Shown here: piece after piece, positions 8,041 through 16,671 of the stretch | How positions within the stretch are numbered: the stretch's first letter is position 1 | How the letters are laid out: every line of letters begins with the position of its first letter | Assembly: GCA_943356495.1 (NCBI GenBank) | Contig: CALRFF010000001.1 | Coordinates: 24,957-88,956 of the forward strand | Source: Candidatus Nomurabacteria bacterium | GTDB lineage: Bacteria; Patescibacteriota; Minisyncoccia; Phycocordibacterales; SBAW01 | DNA: 64,000 bases | Direction of reading: 5' to 3' | Translations under genes and position numbers: made by a program | Notes under the pieces: generated by a model | Database searches by the model: none | Seen by the model: the letters and a program-made list of their open reading frames with translations, nothing else | What the model was told of the DNA's origin: nothing

Positions 8041-9423
8041 CTAGAAATCTTGTGCAGCCGCCTCAAACACGCCGAAGTCGGTTTTGGACAACGACTCAAA
8101 GGTGGCGCGCTTTTCGTTAAACTTAAGCTCGATTTTACCGGTGGGGCCGTTGCGGTGCTTTTCTATCAAAATTTCGGCAATACCGGGGCGGTCGGACTCT
8201 TCTTTGTTAACTTTGTCGTCGCGGTGGATAAACATCACCACGTCGGCGTCCTGCTCGATAGAGCCCGAGTCGCGCAGGTCGGAAAGGCGCGGTTTGCCGC
8301 CGCGTTGCTCGACCGCGCGGCTCAGCTGCGAAAGCGCCAAGACCGGCACATCAAGCTCACGCGCCAAATTCTTGAGCGAGCGGGAAATCTCGGTCACTTG
8401 CTGGACCATACTGTCGGTCGCGCGGGCGCCGGTGGGGATCATGAGCTGCAAGTAGTCGACCACCAGCAGGCCCAGACCGTTTTCGCGCTTGAGGCGGCGG
8501 GCTACGGCGCGCATTTTAAGAATGTTGTTGCCGGGCTGGTCGTCGATAAATATCGGTGCGGCGCCCAAGCGGTCGTAGGCGTCGCGGATACGGCCAAAGT
8601 CGTCGGAACCCTCTTTAATGCGGCCCACGCGCCAGTCCCATGCGTTTACCCGCGCTTCGGCGGCTATCATACGGTCGACCAGCTGCTGCGAGGACATTTC
8701 GAGGCTAAAGATGCCCACGGTAGTGCCGTGTAAAATGGCGCTTTGTCGCGCGATGTCGAGCGCCAACGACGTTTTACCCATCGAGGGACGTGCCGCAAGG
8801 ATTATGAGGTCGCTTTTTTGAAATCCGGCCAGCAGGTTGTCGAGGTCGGTAAAGCCAGTGCGGATACCGCGCGACTCACCCTGATGCTCCTGCAGGTGCT
8901 CGTAGTGCTCCCACGCTTTGCCCAAGCTTTCGCGCAAGCTTACAAACTTCGTCAATGACGGCATGTCGGTAACTTCGTATATTTTCTTTTCGGCTTTGTC
9001 GAGCGTGCTGTCCAAGTCTTCGCTCTCGTCAAAACCAAGCTCGGCCACGTACTCGCCGGCGTCTATAAGCGAGCGGAGCATAAACTTTTTCTGCACTTGG
9101 CTTGCGTAGTGCTTGGCGTTGCTCGCGGCGGGGACCTCCGAGGCAAGCTCGGCCAAGTAGCCAACCCCGCCTATCTGCTCGAGGTGTCCGAGGTCGCTCA
9201 GCTTTGCACGTACCGACTCAACATCGATGGGCTCGGCTTTGCCGTAGAGCATCAGCATTGCGCGGTACATAATGCGATGCTTTTCGCTATAAAAAGCGTC
9301 GTCCGTAAGCACCTCGGTAGCCTCTATCATCGCGTCGGGGCGTATCAGCAAGGCACCGAGGAGTGCCTTCTCGGTCTCGAGTGTTTGCGGGGGCAATCTA
9401 AGCCCGTCCCTTTTGCGTACCAT
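8041..9423 (-). CDS. dnaB: Replicative DNA helicase DnaB
   Basis: ARPSMGKT, FSLEM, DYLQL, SDLRDSGSIEQDAD, KHRNGPTG. Confidence 0.99.
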   Translation of the reverse strand: MVRKRDGLRLPPQTLETEKALLGALLIRPDAMIEATEVLTDDAFYSEKHRIMYRAMLMLYGKAEPIDVESVRAKLSDLGHLEQIGGVGYLAELASEVPAASNAKHYASQVQKKFMLRSLIDAGEYVAELGFDESEDLDSTLDKAEKKIYEVTDMPSLTKFVSLRESLGKAWEHYEHLQEHQGESRGIRTGFTDLDNLLAGFQKSDLIILAARPSMGKTSLALDIARQSAILHGTTVGIFSLEMSSQQLVDRMIAAEARVNAWDWRVGRIKEGSDDFGRIRDAYDRLGAAPIFIDDQPGNNILKMRAVARRLKRENGLGLLVVDYLQLMIPTGARATDSMVQQVTEISRSLKNLARELDVPVLALSQLSRAVEQRGGKPRLSDLRDSGSIEQDADVVMFIHRDDKVNKEESDRPGIAEILIEKHRNGPTGKIELKFNEKRATFESLSKTDFGVFEAAAQDF

Positions 9424-9498
9424 GTACCCATCGTACGCTCCTACAGGCCAAGGTCAAAGATGTGTATAGGTCGGATAACGAGGGGACAAGAATACGGC

Positions 9499-10935
9499 CT
9501 ACTTTTTGGTTATTTGGGAGCCGGCGGGGGTGTCTTTTAATTCGTAGCCAGCGGATTCAATTTCTTTCCGCATGTCGTCGGCCTTTTCGAAGTCTTTGTG
9601 CTCGCGGGCGGCCTCGCGAGCCTCAACCAGCGCTTTAATACCCTCGGGCAGCTCGTCGCGGGTGACGGTAAGCTTTTGTGCAGGCTTAACCTCAGCAAGT
9701 CCCAACCCTAATATTTTGTCGGCCTCGGTCAAAGAGGCGCGTTTGACCGCCGGCGTTACGGCAGGGTCGCGTACAAGCTCCCACACACGCGCCAGTGCTT
9801 GCGGGGTGTTTAGGTCGTCGGCTATCGCCGTATAAAACTCTTTTAAAAATACAGGGTCGCCGGCCAAGGTAGATGCAGGGAGCTCGTTGTAAAAACGGGC
9901 GAGGCGCACGAGTGCGGTGTTGGCGCCCTCGACCGCGTCCCAGGTAAAGTTCATCGGTGTGCGGTAGTGTCCGGTCAAAAACCAGTAGCGCAAACTGCGG
10001 GGGAAGAGCCCGCGGTCTACTAAGTTGCGCAAGTATACCGTGTTGCCTAAAGACTTGCTTACTTTTTTGCCCTCAATAGTAATGTGCGCGTTATGCACCC
10101 AGTAGCGGGCAAACGGTTTGTGGGTCAAAGCCTCGGCCTGCGCCAACTCATTGTTGTGGTGCACGGGCGCCAAGTCGATACCGCCCATATGTATGTCTAT
10201 CTGTTTACCGAGGAGTTTAAAAATCATGGCAACGCACTCGGTGTGCCAGCCGGGGAAGCCAAGCCCCCACGGTGACTCCCAGCCCAATTTGTTATCGCGC
10301 TTCCACAAGGCAAAGTCGTTTGGCCCGCGCTTTTCTTTATTTTCTTCCACACGGGCACCGGCAAGCTGTCCCGCCAAGTTAACGCCGCCCAGTTTGCCGT
10401 AGGCGGGGAATTGTTTGGTGTCAAAGTACACGCCGTCACTCGTTTTGTAAGCGTAGCTTTTTTGCTCGAGTGACTTTACCAAGGCTATTTGCTCTTCTAT
10501 ATAGTCGCTGGCGCGCGGGTAGCGTATCGAAGAAGGCGTAATACCCAAATGCGGCAAGTCGGCAAAAAAAAGTGCTGCATACTTTTCGGCCACCGTGCGC
10601 ATGTTGGCAAGCGTCGGCTCGAGCCCCTCGCGCCGTAGACCTTTGGTCATTTTGTCCTCGCTGTCTTCGTCGTCGCTTATGTGCCCGAAGTCGGTAATGT
10701 TGTTGACCTCGTCTACGTTGTGCCCCCAGCTCTCCAGCGTGCGGCGCAGCACATTGGCCACCACCGGCGGGAAGAGGTTGCCCACATGCTGTTCGTCATA
10801 GGCGGTAGGGCCGCAGTTGTATAGCTTGACCGTGCCGTTTAAGGGCACAAAGCGCTCGAGCCCGCCGCTTAGCGAGTTGTGGAGCATAAGCTTGGGCTTT
10901 ACAGCCAGCCCTTTCTTTTGAAATAGAGAAAACAT
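9499..10935 (-). CDS. cysS: Cysteinyl-tRNA synthetase (start may instead be 10887)
   Basis: CGPT, HVGN, DFALWK, PGWHTEC, KVSKS, DDLNTP. Confidence 0.97.
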   Translation of the reverse strand: MFSLFQKKGLAVKPKLMLHNSLSGGLERFVPLNGTVKLYNCGPTAYDEQHVGNLFPPVVANVLRRTLESWGHNVDEVNNITDFGHISDDEDSEDKMTKGLRREGLEPTLANMRTVAEKYAALFFADLPHLGITPSSIRYPRASDYIEEQIALVKSLEQKSYAYKTSDGVYFDTKQFPAYGKLGGVNLAGQLAGARVEENKEKRGPNDFALWKRDNKLGWESPWGLGFPGWHTECVAMIFKLLGKQIDIHMGGIDLAPVHHNNELAQAEALTHKPFARYWVHNAHITIEGKKVSKSLGNTVYLRNLVDRGLFPRSLRYWFLTGHYRTPMNFTWDAVEGANTALVRLARFYNELPASTLAGDPVFLKEFYTAIADDLNTPQALARVWELVRDPAVTPAVKRASLTEADKILGLGLAEVKPAQKLTVTRDELPEGIKALVEAREAAREHKDFEKADDMRKEIESAGYELKDTPAGSQITKK

Positions 10936-11819
10936 GTAAAGGCTAGTATACCCATTCCTCCGAGCAGAATCCAAAAGTCCGCCGGTAGGCCGATAATGGG
11001 GTTGTTTATTGTGTTCATGCCAAACAGGCTGGCGATAAACTGCAGCGGCAAGAAGACAAAGGCCAGCACGGTAAGCGTCTTCATTATTTCGTTTTGCTTG
11101 GTGTTAAGCAAAGAGTCGTTGGTGGCGCGCAGCTCGCTTAACGAGTCGCGCAAGTTTTCGAGCGCGCTTTCGACCCGCTCGTACGCGCCTATAGTTTCGC
11201 GCACATAGTAGGAGTACTCGGCCCCAAACACGCGGTTGCCCACCGGCTCGTACGAGCGCAGCATGTCGCGGTGCGGCGCCAGCGCTTGGCGAAAGTCGTG
11301 TATCACGCGGCCGGTCTGCGACAGCTCGATAACCATGCGGCGTTCGTCACCTTTAAAAATCCGGTCTTCGATGTCCTGTAAATGGCGGTGCAGGTTGTCG
11401 CACTCGTTGCCCAGCGCCTCGTACAACTTGCGCACCATGCCGGCAAAGAGGTGCCCGCCGTGGGTCGAGCCGCCGCGGCCCAAGACCGAGTTAACCTCGA
11501 AGGCTTTGGCAAAGGAGTGCAAAGGATCGATGTTTTCGTACCGCGCGGTGATAAGAAAATGCTTGCCTATGACAAAGTCTATTTCCTGCTCGGGGCGGCT
11601 TGAGCTAGCCCGCATGCCGTTGCGCATGGCGGGGAAGTGCAAAATCATGTAGATAGCGTCGCCGCGGCGCTCGACCTTTGGCTTAAACGAGGGTACCAAA
11701 AGCTCCTCCGCAATAAGCGGGTCGAGATCGAACTCTTTCATAAGCGCGCGGACCTCGCTTGGTGTGGGTGCCACCAAGTCGACCCATGTCAAAGCGTGCT
11801 GCGCGTAGCGCGTGAGCAT
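10899..11819 (-). CDS. corA: CorA family Mg2+ transporter
   Basis: NEIMKTLT, GMN motif, two C-terminal TMs, KRKGWL. Confidence 0.95.
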   Translation of the reverse strand: MLTRYAQHALTWVDLVAPTPSEVRALMKEFDLDPLIAEELLVPSFKPKVERRGDAIYMILHFPAMRNGMRASSSRPEQEIDFVIGKHFLITARYENIDPLHSFAKAFEVNSVLGRGGSTHGGHLFAGMVRKLYEALGNECDNLHRHLQDIEDRIFKGDERRMVIELSQTGRVIHDFRQALAPHRDMLRSYEPVGNRVFGAEYSYYVRETIGAYERVESALENLRDSLSELRATNDSLLNTKQNEIMKTLTVLAFVFLPLQFIASLFGMNTINNPIIGLPADFWILLGGMGILAFTCFLYFKRKGWL

Positions 11820-11840
11820 GCTATTTAGTATACTGTATCC
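11820..11840. promoter_or_regulatory. Overlapping divergent -10 elements (AGTATACT palindrome)
   Basis: TATACT lies 6 nt before the ctpA ATG (+) and 7 nt before the corA ATG (-). Confidence 0.65.
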
Positions 11841-13067
11841 ATGAAAAGGCAGCGGTGGACAGCGGCGGGGAGTCTTGTCGCTTTGGCTATTGCGTTTAGC
11901 GTGGGGCTCTACACCGGCGTCTCCGAGTGGGGCGGCAGCCGCGCCGCGGCACAAAGCGACTTGTTTGGGACCGGAACCCAGCCGGGCAGCATCAACATGG
12001 GCCAGTTTTGGCAGGCGTGGAACGTGCTTGACGAGCATTTTGTGCAGGTGCACGCATCGACCACGCTCCCCACCGATGAAGAAAAAATATACGGGGCGAT
12101 AGCGGGGCTTACCGCCAGCTACGGCGACCCGTACACGGTCTTTTTGCCGCCGGAAGACGCGCAGATATTTAACGACGACATCAGCGGCTCGTTCGGCGGC
12201 GTGGGCATGGACTTGGCTCAAAAAGAAGGCCGCGTAACCGTGGTGGCTCCGCTTAAGGGCTCGCCGGCCGAGGCCGCCGGTGTCCGCAGCGGCGACGTGG
12301 TGTTGGCGGTTAACGGCACCTCGACCGAGAGCATGTCGGTTGACCAAGCGGTCAAGATAATCCGCGGACCCAAAGGCACGACCGTTGCGCTTACTATGTC
12401 GCGCGCGGGGGTAGCCCAGCCGTTTGTGGTAAAGATAGTGCGCGACACTATTACTATCCCCGTTATCAACGCGTACGCGCGCGGCGACGGCGTGTTTGTT
12501 ATCGAGCTGTACAGCTTTTCGCAAAACTCGGCAGAGCTGTTTCGTGGCGCGTTGCGGCAGTTTTTCCTGTCGGGCCAGACTAAAATGATTCTCGACCTGC
12601 GCGGCAACCCCGGCGGCTACTTGGACGCGGCGGTGGACATGGCCAGCTACTTTTTGCCGGTGGGCGACGTGGTGGTAACCGAGGACTACAAAGGCAAGGC
12701 GTCTAATATCGCGCACCGCTCGCTCGGCTACAACGTGTTTGCAAACAAACAACTGAGTATGGCGATATTGGTTGACCAAGGTTCGGCCTCTGCTTCAGAA
12801 ATTTTGGCGGGCGCCCTGCAGCAGCACGGTGTAGGTAAGTTGGTGGGCCAGCGCACGTTCGGCAAAGGCTCGGTACAGCAGCTGGTAGACCTAGGGAACG
12901 GGGCCGAGCTTAAAATTACGGTCGCGCGCTGGCTAACCCCTAACGGGACTTCCATTAGCGACGGCGGGCTTACCCCTGACTTTACGGCAACCACGACCGC
13001 CAAAGACGTTGCTGCGGGCAAAGACCCGCAAAAAGACGCCGCCCTTTCGTGGCTCGCAACGCAGTAG
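11841..13067 (+). CDS. ctpA: S41 family C-terminal processing protease (PDZ)
   Basis: GDPYT, PDZ, DLRGNPGG, SASASE, FGKGSVQ. Confidence 0.95.
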   Translation: MKRQRWTAAGSLVALAIAFSVGLYTGVSEWGGSRAAAQSDLFGTGTQPGSINMGQFWQAWNVLDEHFVQVHASTTLPTDEEKIYGAIAGLTASYGDPYTVFLPPEDAQIFNDDISGSFGGVGMDLAQKEGRVTVVAPLKGSPAEAAGVRSGDVVLAVNGTSTESMSVDQAVKIIRGPKGTTVALTMSRAGVAQPFVVKIVRDTITIPVINAYARGDGVFVIELYSFSQNSAELFRGALRQFFLSGQTKMILDLRGNPGGYLDAAVDMASYFLPVGDVVVTEDYKGKASNIAHRSLGYNVFANKQLSMAILVDQGSASASEILAGALQQHGVGKLVGQRTFGKGSVQQLVDLGNGAELKITVARWLTPNGTSISDGGLTPDFTATTTAKDVAAGKDPQKDAALSWLATQ

Positions 13068-13089
13068 GGACATTTGGTACAGTAGGGGC

Positions 13090-13536
13090 ATGAAAGTCAT
13101 TTTGCTTAAAGACGTGCGCGGGGTGGGCTTGCATGGCACTATCCAGAATGTGGCCGACGGCTATGCGGTTAACCGTCTTTTCCCCGCCAAGCTTGCCGTA
13201 GCCGCTACCGAGGAAAAAATTAAAGAAATAGAGGCGCAGGTAGCCGCCCGTGCGGCGCAGGTAGCCAAAGAGGAAGAGCAGTTGGACAATAAAGTAGCCG
13301 CCCTGCGCGGCAAACGCGTGAGCTTGGCGGCTCGCGCCACCGACAAAGGTGGTTTGTTTAAAGCGGTGTCTGTAACCGACATTGCCAAAGCTATCCGTGC
13401 AGAGCACTCGCTCGAAATTGCCGAGGCCAACATACACCTACCTGAACATATAAAAACAGTGGGGGAGCACATGGTGTTGGTGCGCGGTAAAAACCAAAAG
13501 GCCGAACTTGCCGTGGCGGTTACGCCGGCCCTGTAG
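13090..13536 (+). CDS. rplI: 50S ribosomal protein L9
   Basis: MKVILLKDV..G.....VADGYA.N.L.P, HIKTVG. Confidence 0.96.
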   Translation: MKVILLKDVRGVGLHGTIQNVADGYAVNRLFPAKLAVAATEEKIKEIEAQVAARAAQVAKEEEQLDNKVAALRGKRVSLAARATDKGGLFKAVSVTDIAKAIRAEHSLEIAEANIHLPEHIKTVGEHMVLVRGKNQKAELAVAVTPAL

Positions 13537-13576
13537 GCCTCATGCAATCTTTAGGCTGTTTTGGTATTGTGCCTGT

Positions 13577-13888
13577 ATGAAAAAAGTCCTAGCCGTTGCT
13601 ACCTTTGCCGCACTGCTGGCGCCCTCGTTGGTGTTTGCGTCGTACCTGCCGTACAACTCGAGTTACCAAGGTTCGTACCTGCCGTATCAGCAGCAATACT
13701 CGGCGTACCAACCGGCATCGTACTACTACCCGTCATACTCATACTCCAACTACTCTTACCAAAACCAATACTCCTACCCAAGCTACTCATACCCTTCGTA
13801 CAATCAATACTCCTACGGCCCGAGCGTCCGCGTAAACGTAAACGCCACCCCGTATTGGGGCGGCGGATGGGGAGGAGGCTGGTGGTAG
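13577..13888 (+). CDS. Secreted Tyr/Ser/Gln-rich low-complexity protein
   Basis: Signal peptide MKKVLAVATFAALLAPSLVFA, SY repeats, WGGGWGGGWW tail. Confidence 0.8.
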   Translation: MKKVLAVATFAALLAPSLVFASYLPYNSSYQGSYLPYQQQYSAYQPASYYYPSYSYSNYSYQNQYSYPSYSYPSYNQYSYGPSVRVNVNATPYWGGGWGGGWW

Positions 13889-13890
13889 TG

Positions 13891-14169
13891 TTACTTCACC
13901 AAAACGTCTACTTTGGAGCGCTTGACGACGTGGCCGTCGAAGTTGGTTTTGCGCACAAGTTTAAAGGAAACTACACCGCCCTTAACCGCATAGATAGTAT
14001 GGTCTTTGCCAAGCTTTACGTTGGCCCCCGGCATCATTTTGGTACCGCGCTGGCGCACGATAATGGCGCCCGGCTTGGCAAATTGGCCGGCAAAGAGCTT
14101 AACGCCAAGGTACTTAGCGTTAGAATCGGTTAGGTTTTTAGCTGTCCCGCCTGCTTTCTTTGATGCCAT
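13891..14169 (-). CDS. rpmA: 50S ribosomal protein L27
   Basis: [17 protein letters not shown]...IIVRQRG. Confidence 0.98.
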   Translation of the reverse strand: MASKKAGGTAKNLTDSNAKYLGVKLFAGQFAKPGAIIVRQRGTKMMPGANVKLGKDHTIYAVKGGVVSFKLVRKTNFDGHVVKRSKVDVLVK

Positions 14170-14190
14170 ATATTTAGTATTGTGTATGAG

Positions 14191-14346
14191 ATGATACCAA
14201 AAGAGTGGCTTACTGGCAAGCACTGGGAGCCTTTGGTGGTACCGGCTATTGTTATCCTGGTAGGACTCTCTGCTTTTGCGCTTGGGCGGCTCTCGGCGGT
14301 AGCGGGGCAGGGCGCAGGGGGGCTATTTAACACCGAACAACTATGA
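14191..14346 (+). CDS. 51-aa single-TM protein (..[16 protein letters not shown]..), possibly truncated
   Basis: Translated manually; ATGA overlap with the next gene. Confidence 0.6.
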   Translation: MIPKEWLTGKHWEPLVVPAIVILVGLSAFALGRLSAVAGQGAGGLFNTEQL

Positions 14347-14597
14347 ACAAACAACTAAAAAGGGTATTGGTGCTGTCGCTTGCGGTGCTGTTTATTGTGC
14401 TGGGGCTTGTCGGCCTTGTGTTGCCCTTTTTGCAGGGGTTTTTGTTTTTGGCGATAGGAATACTCTTGCTGTCGCTGTACTCGCCGACGGTGCGGCACTG
14501 GCTCGACACCCACACAGTTAAGTATCCGAAACTCCACAGATTTGTCGGCAAAGCCGAGGCGTGGGTAGTTAAAATATTTGGCGCACCGGACGCGTAA
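14343..14597 (+). CDS. Small membrane protein (DUF454/PGPGW-like)
   Basis: GLVGLVLPFLQGFLFLAIG..LLS hydrophobic hairpin. Confidence 0.8.
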   Translation: MNKQLKRVLVLSLAVLFIVLGLVGLVLPFLQGFLFLAIGILLLSLYSPTVRHWLDTHTVKYPKLHRFVGKAEAWVVKIFGAPDA

Positions 14598-14616
14598 CTG
14601 CGCTATACTCAACCCC

Positions 14617-15216
14617 ATGATTGCAGTTGATGTAGAAGCAAGCGGCATTGGCCCCGACACCCACTCGATAGTATCGGTAGGCGCGGTTGACCTCGACAAT
14701 CCGACCCGCACTTTTTACGAAGAGTGCCGCGTGTGGGAGGGCGCGCATATCAACGACGAGGCTATGGTGGTAAACGGATTTACCAAAGAACAAGTAACAG
14801 ACCCAAACAAACAAAGCGAAGCTGATTTGGTGCATAAGTTTGCCGCGTTTGCCGAGCCGATAGCCGACCGCACTTTGGCGGGGCAAAATGTGTCTTTTGA
14901 CCGTGATTTGTTGCAGGCCGCGGCTAAGCGCGCGGGCCACACCAATTGGCCTTTTGCGCACCGTACCATCGACAGCCATAGCCTGTGTTGGATGCATATG
15001 GTTAAGAGGGGACTCACTCCCCCGATAGATGCCGAACACAAGCGCTCTGGCTTGAACTTAGACGCGATACTCAACTATTGCGGTATCCCCGAGGAGCCCA
15101 AGCCCCACAACGCGCTTACCGGCGCCAAGAGCCATGCCGAAGTAATTTCGCGCCTACTGTACGATAAAAAACTCCTGCCGGAGTTTGAGCAGTACGAGAT
15201 TCCGTGGCTTAAGTAG
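14617..15216 (+). CDS. DEDDh 3'-5' exonuclease (DnaQ superfamily)
   Basis: DVEASG (ExoI), NVSFD (ExoII), PHNALTGA (ExoIII, with the Asp replaced by Gly). Confidence 0.88.
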   Translation: MIAVDVEASGIGPDTHSIVSVGAVDLDNPTRTFYEECRVWEGAHINDEAMVVNGFTKEQVTDPNKQSEADLVHKFAAFAEPIADRTLAGQNVSFDRDLLQAAAKRAGHTNWPFAHRTIDSHSLCWMHMVKRGLTPPIDAEHKRSGLNLDAILNYCGIPEEPKPHNALTGAKSHAEVISRLLYDKKLLPEFEQYEIPWLK

Positions 15217-15250
15217 TTGAAACAGAGTAAAATCGCATAGTTAGAAACAG

Positions 15251-15321
15251 CGGGCCGTAGTATATCGGCAGTACACATGCATGGGGTGCATGTAGGCCGG
15301 GTTCGATTCCCGGCGGCCCGA
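15251..15321 (+). tRNA. tRNA-Pro(GGG)
   Basis: CGGGCCG/CGGCCCG-A acceptor stem, CATGC-ATGGGGT-GCATG anticodon arm, GGTTCGATTCC; CCA not encoded. Confidence 0.92.
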
Positions 15322-15525
15322 CACGTTTAAAAGTTTTGATACAACGATAAAAAACGTTGTCAAATAAGGGTATTTTGTAATAGATGGGGTAGGCTTTTTT
15401 CTTGTCAAGCTCGGCGCTTGACCCCCTTGACAAAAATGTAGTATCATATCCTTATCCCTGAGCGGTCGAGCTCGGGGCTTTTTTGTTCCCGTGCGCCGTT
15501 AATCAACTTATATGAACACCATACA

Positions 15526-15957
15526 ATGCCTTTCGCAACTGGTTTCGCTCTTGCGGTCTCTCTGGCACTAAGCAGCGCTTCGGCGCCGCTCCAGACGCAG
15601 GGTCTGATGCCGGCCGCGCAGTCGCCCAAGGAGTTCGTTGAAAGTTACTTCGCTGACGTTCCGATTATGATTAAGGTCGCGCATTGCGAGTCGCGTTTTC
15701 GCCAGTACGGTACCGACGGTTCGGTATTTCGCGGCATAGTCAACGACCTCGACGTCGGTATTATGCAGGTTAACGAGTATTACCACTCGTCTACCGCAGA
15801 AAAGCTCGGTCTCGACCTCTACACGATACAAGGCAACGTGGCATACGCCCGCTACTTGTACGAAAAGCAAGGCACCGCCCCGTGGGTATCCTCGGAGCCG
15901 TGCTGGGGTAAATACAAAACTAAACCCTCGGCTATCGTAGCCACGGTTAAGAAATAA
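15526..15957 (+). CDS. Secreted lytic transglycosylase (SLT/lysozyme-like) protein
   Basis: Signal peptide, CES catalytic motif, GIMQVN, GNVAYA..LY...G..PW. Confidence 0.8.
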   Translation: MPFATGFALAVSLALSSASAPLQTQGLMPAAQSPKEFVESYFADVPIMIKVAHCESRFRQYGTDGSVFRGIVNDLDVGIMQVNEYYHSSTAEKLGLDLYTIQGNVAYARYLYEKQGTAPWVSSEPCWGKYKTKPSAIVATVKK

Positions 15958-15965
15958 TTTTGCAG

Positions 15966-16002
15966 CAAAAGCCGCCTTTGGTTAACCCCAAGGGCGGTTT
16001 TT
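15966..16002. terminator. Bidirectional terminator
   Basis: AAAAGCCGCCTTTGG-TTAAC-CCCAAGGGCGGTTTTT. Confidence 0.75.
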
Positions 16003-16353
16003 GTCTGTCGATATATACAAGAGGCCGCCGATGATCCCGAGGTTAAGCACAAACCGGTTTAGGTCGCCGTCGTCGTTAAAGTTGGTAAGAAAGCCGGCCT
16101 GCAGGACAAGGTAGAGCGTTAGCATAAGTGCCGCGTAGCGGGTATACACGCCGATAATAATCGCAATACCGCCCACCACCTCGACAACTACTACCGCCAT
16201 TGCCAAAAGAGACCCGTAGGGAAGTCCGTGGGCGGCAAACATAGCCGCCGCGGCAGGGAGGTTGAGCGCGGCCTGTATCCCGTTCCACAAAAAGAACCCG
16301 CCCATAAACACCCGGCCGATCAAAGGAGCGTAGCAGTCTATCCAGACGTTCAT
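15982..16353 (-). CDS. DoxX family membrane protein
   Basis: LIGRVF, EVVGG.AII.G..TRYAA, NLGIIGGLL. Confidence 0.9.
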   Translation of the reverse strand: MNVWIDCYAPLIGRVFMGGFFLWNGIQAALNLPAAAAMFAAHGLPYGSLLAMAVVVVEVVGGIAIIIGVYTRYAALMLTLYLVLQAGFLTNFNDDGDLNRFVLNLGIIGGLLYISTDKNRPWG

Positions 16354-16414
16354 AGGTTGATTATACGGTATAGTCGGGATAGGCTTCTGATAGTTGAAAA
16401 TTGAGGAGGGCCGC

Positions 16415-16555
16415 ATGGCTGAAGAGCCTCTTGACCAAGGTAAGCAGTTGCAAGTTTTCTTGGACGCCATAGGCATGGGCAATCCTTGGATTGCCGGACT
16501 CTACGCGTTTGGGAGTCTTGCCGGGCTTGCTGCCGCCGTGATTAGTTTCTGGTAA
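16415..16555 (+). CDS. 46-aa microprotein with C-terminal TM
   Basis: SD GAGGAGG; MAEEPLDQGKQLQVFLDAIGMGNPWIAGLYAFGSLAGLAAAVISFW; terminator follows. Confidence 0.7.
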   Translation: MAEEPLDQGKQLQVFLDAIGMGNPWIAGLYAFGSLAGLAAAVISFW

Positions 16556-16558
16556 TCC

Positions 16559-16585
16559 GGCCGCCCCACCTCGGGGCGGTCTTTT
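16559..16585 (+). terminator. Intrinsic terminator
   Basis: GGCCGCCCC-ACCTC-GGGGCGGTC-TTTT. Confidence 0.8.
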
Positions 16586-16671
16586 GTATCAAAGGCGGGG
16601 GAGTGACTACCCTCTTTTAGTCGAGATTTTTACGGGGTATAGTGGTCGCAGATTTGACCGGAGGTATCACT

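Noticed and set aside
8041-9423. Intein in DnaB
   Set aside because: Normal length with contiguous motifs
10899-12779. 626-aa ORF suggesting a CorA fusion
   Set aside because: The N-terminal half is the antisense shadow of ctpA; CorA starts at 11819
13045-13062. TTCGTGGCTCGCAACGC resembles the start of the rsmH hairpin (RGSQRS in both translations)
   Set aside because: Short match with no hairpin partner; it encodes the ordinary ctpA C-terminus
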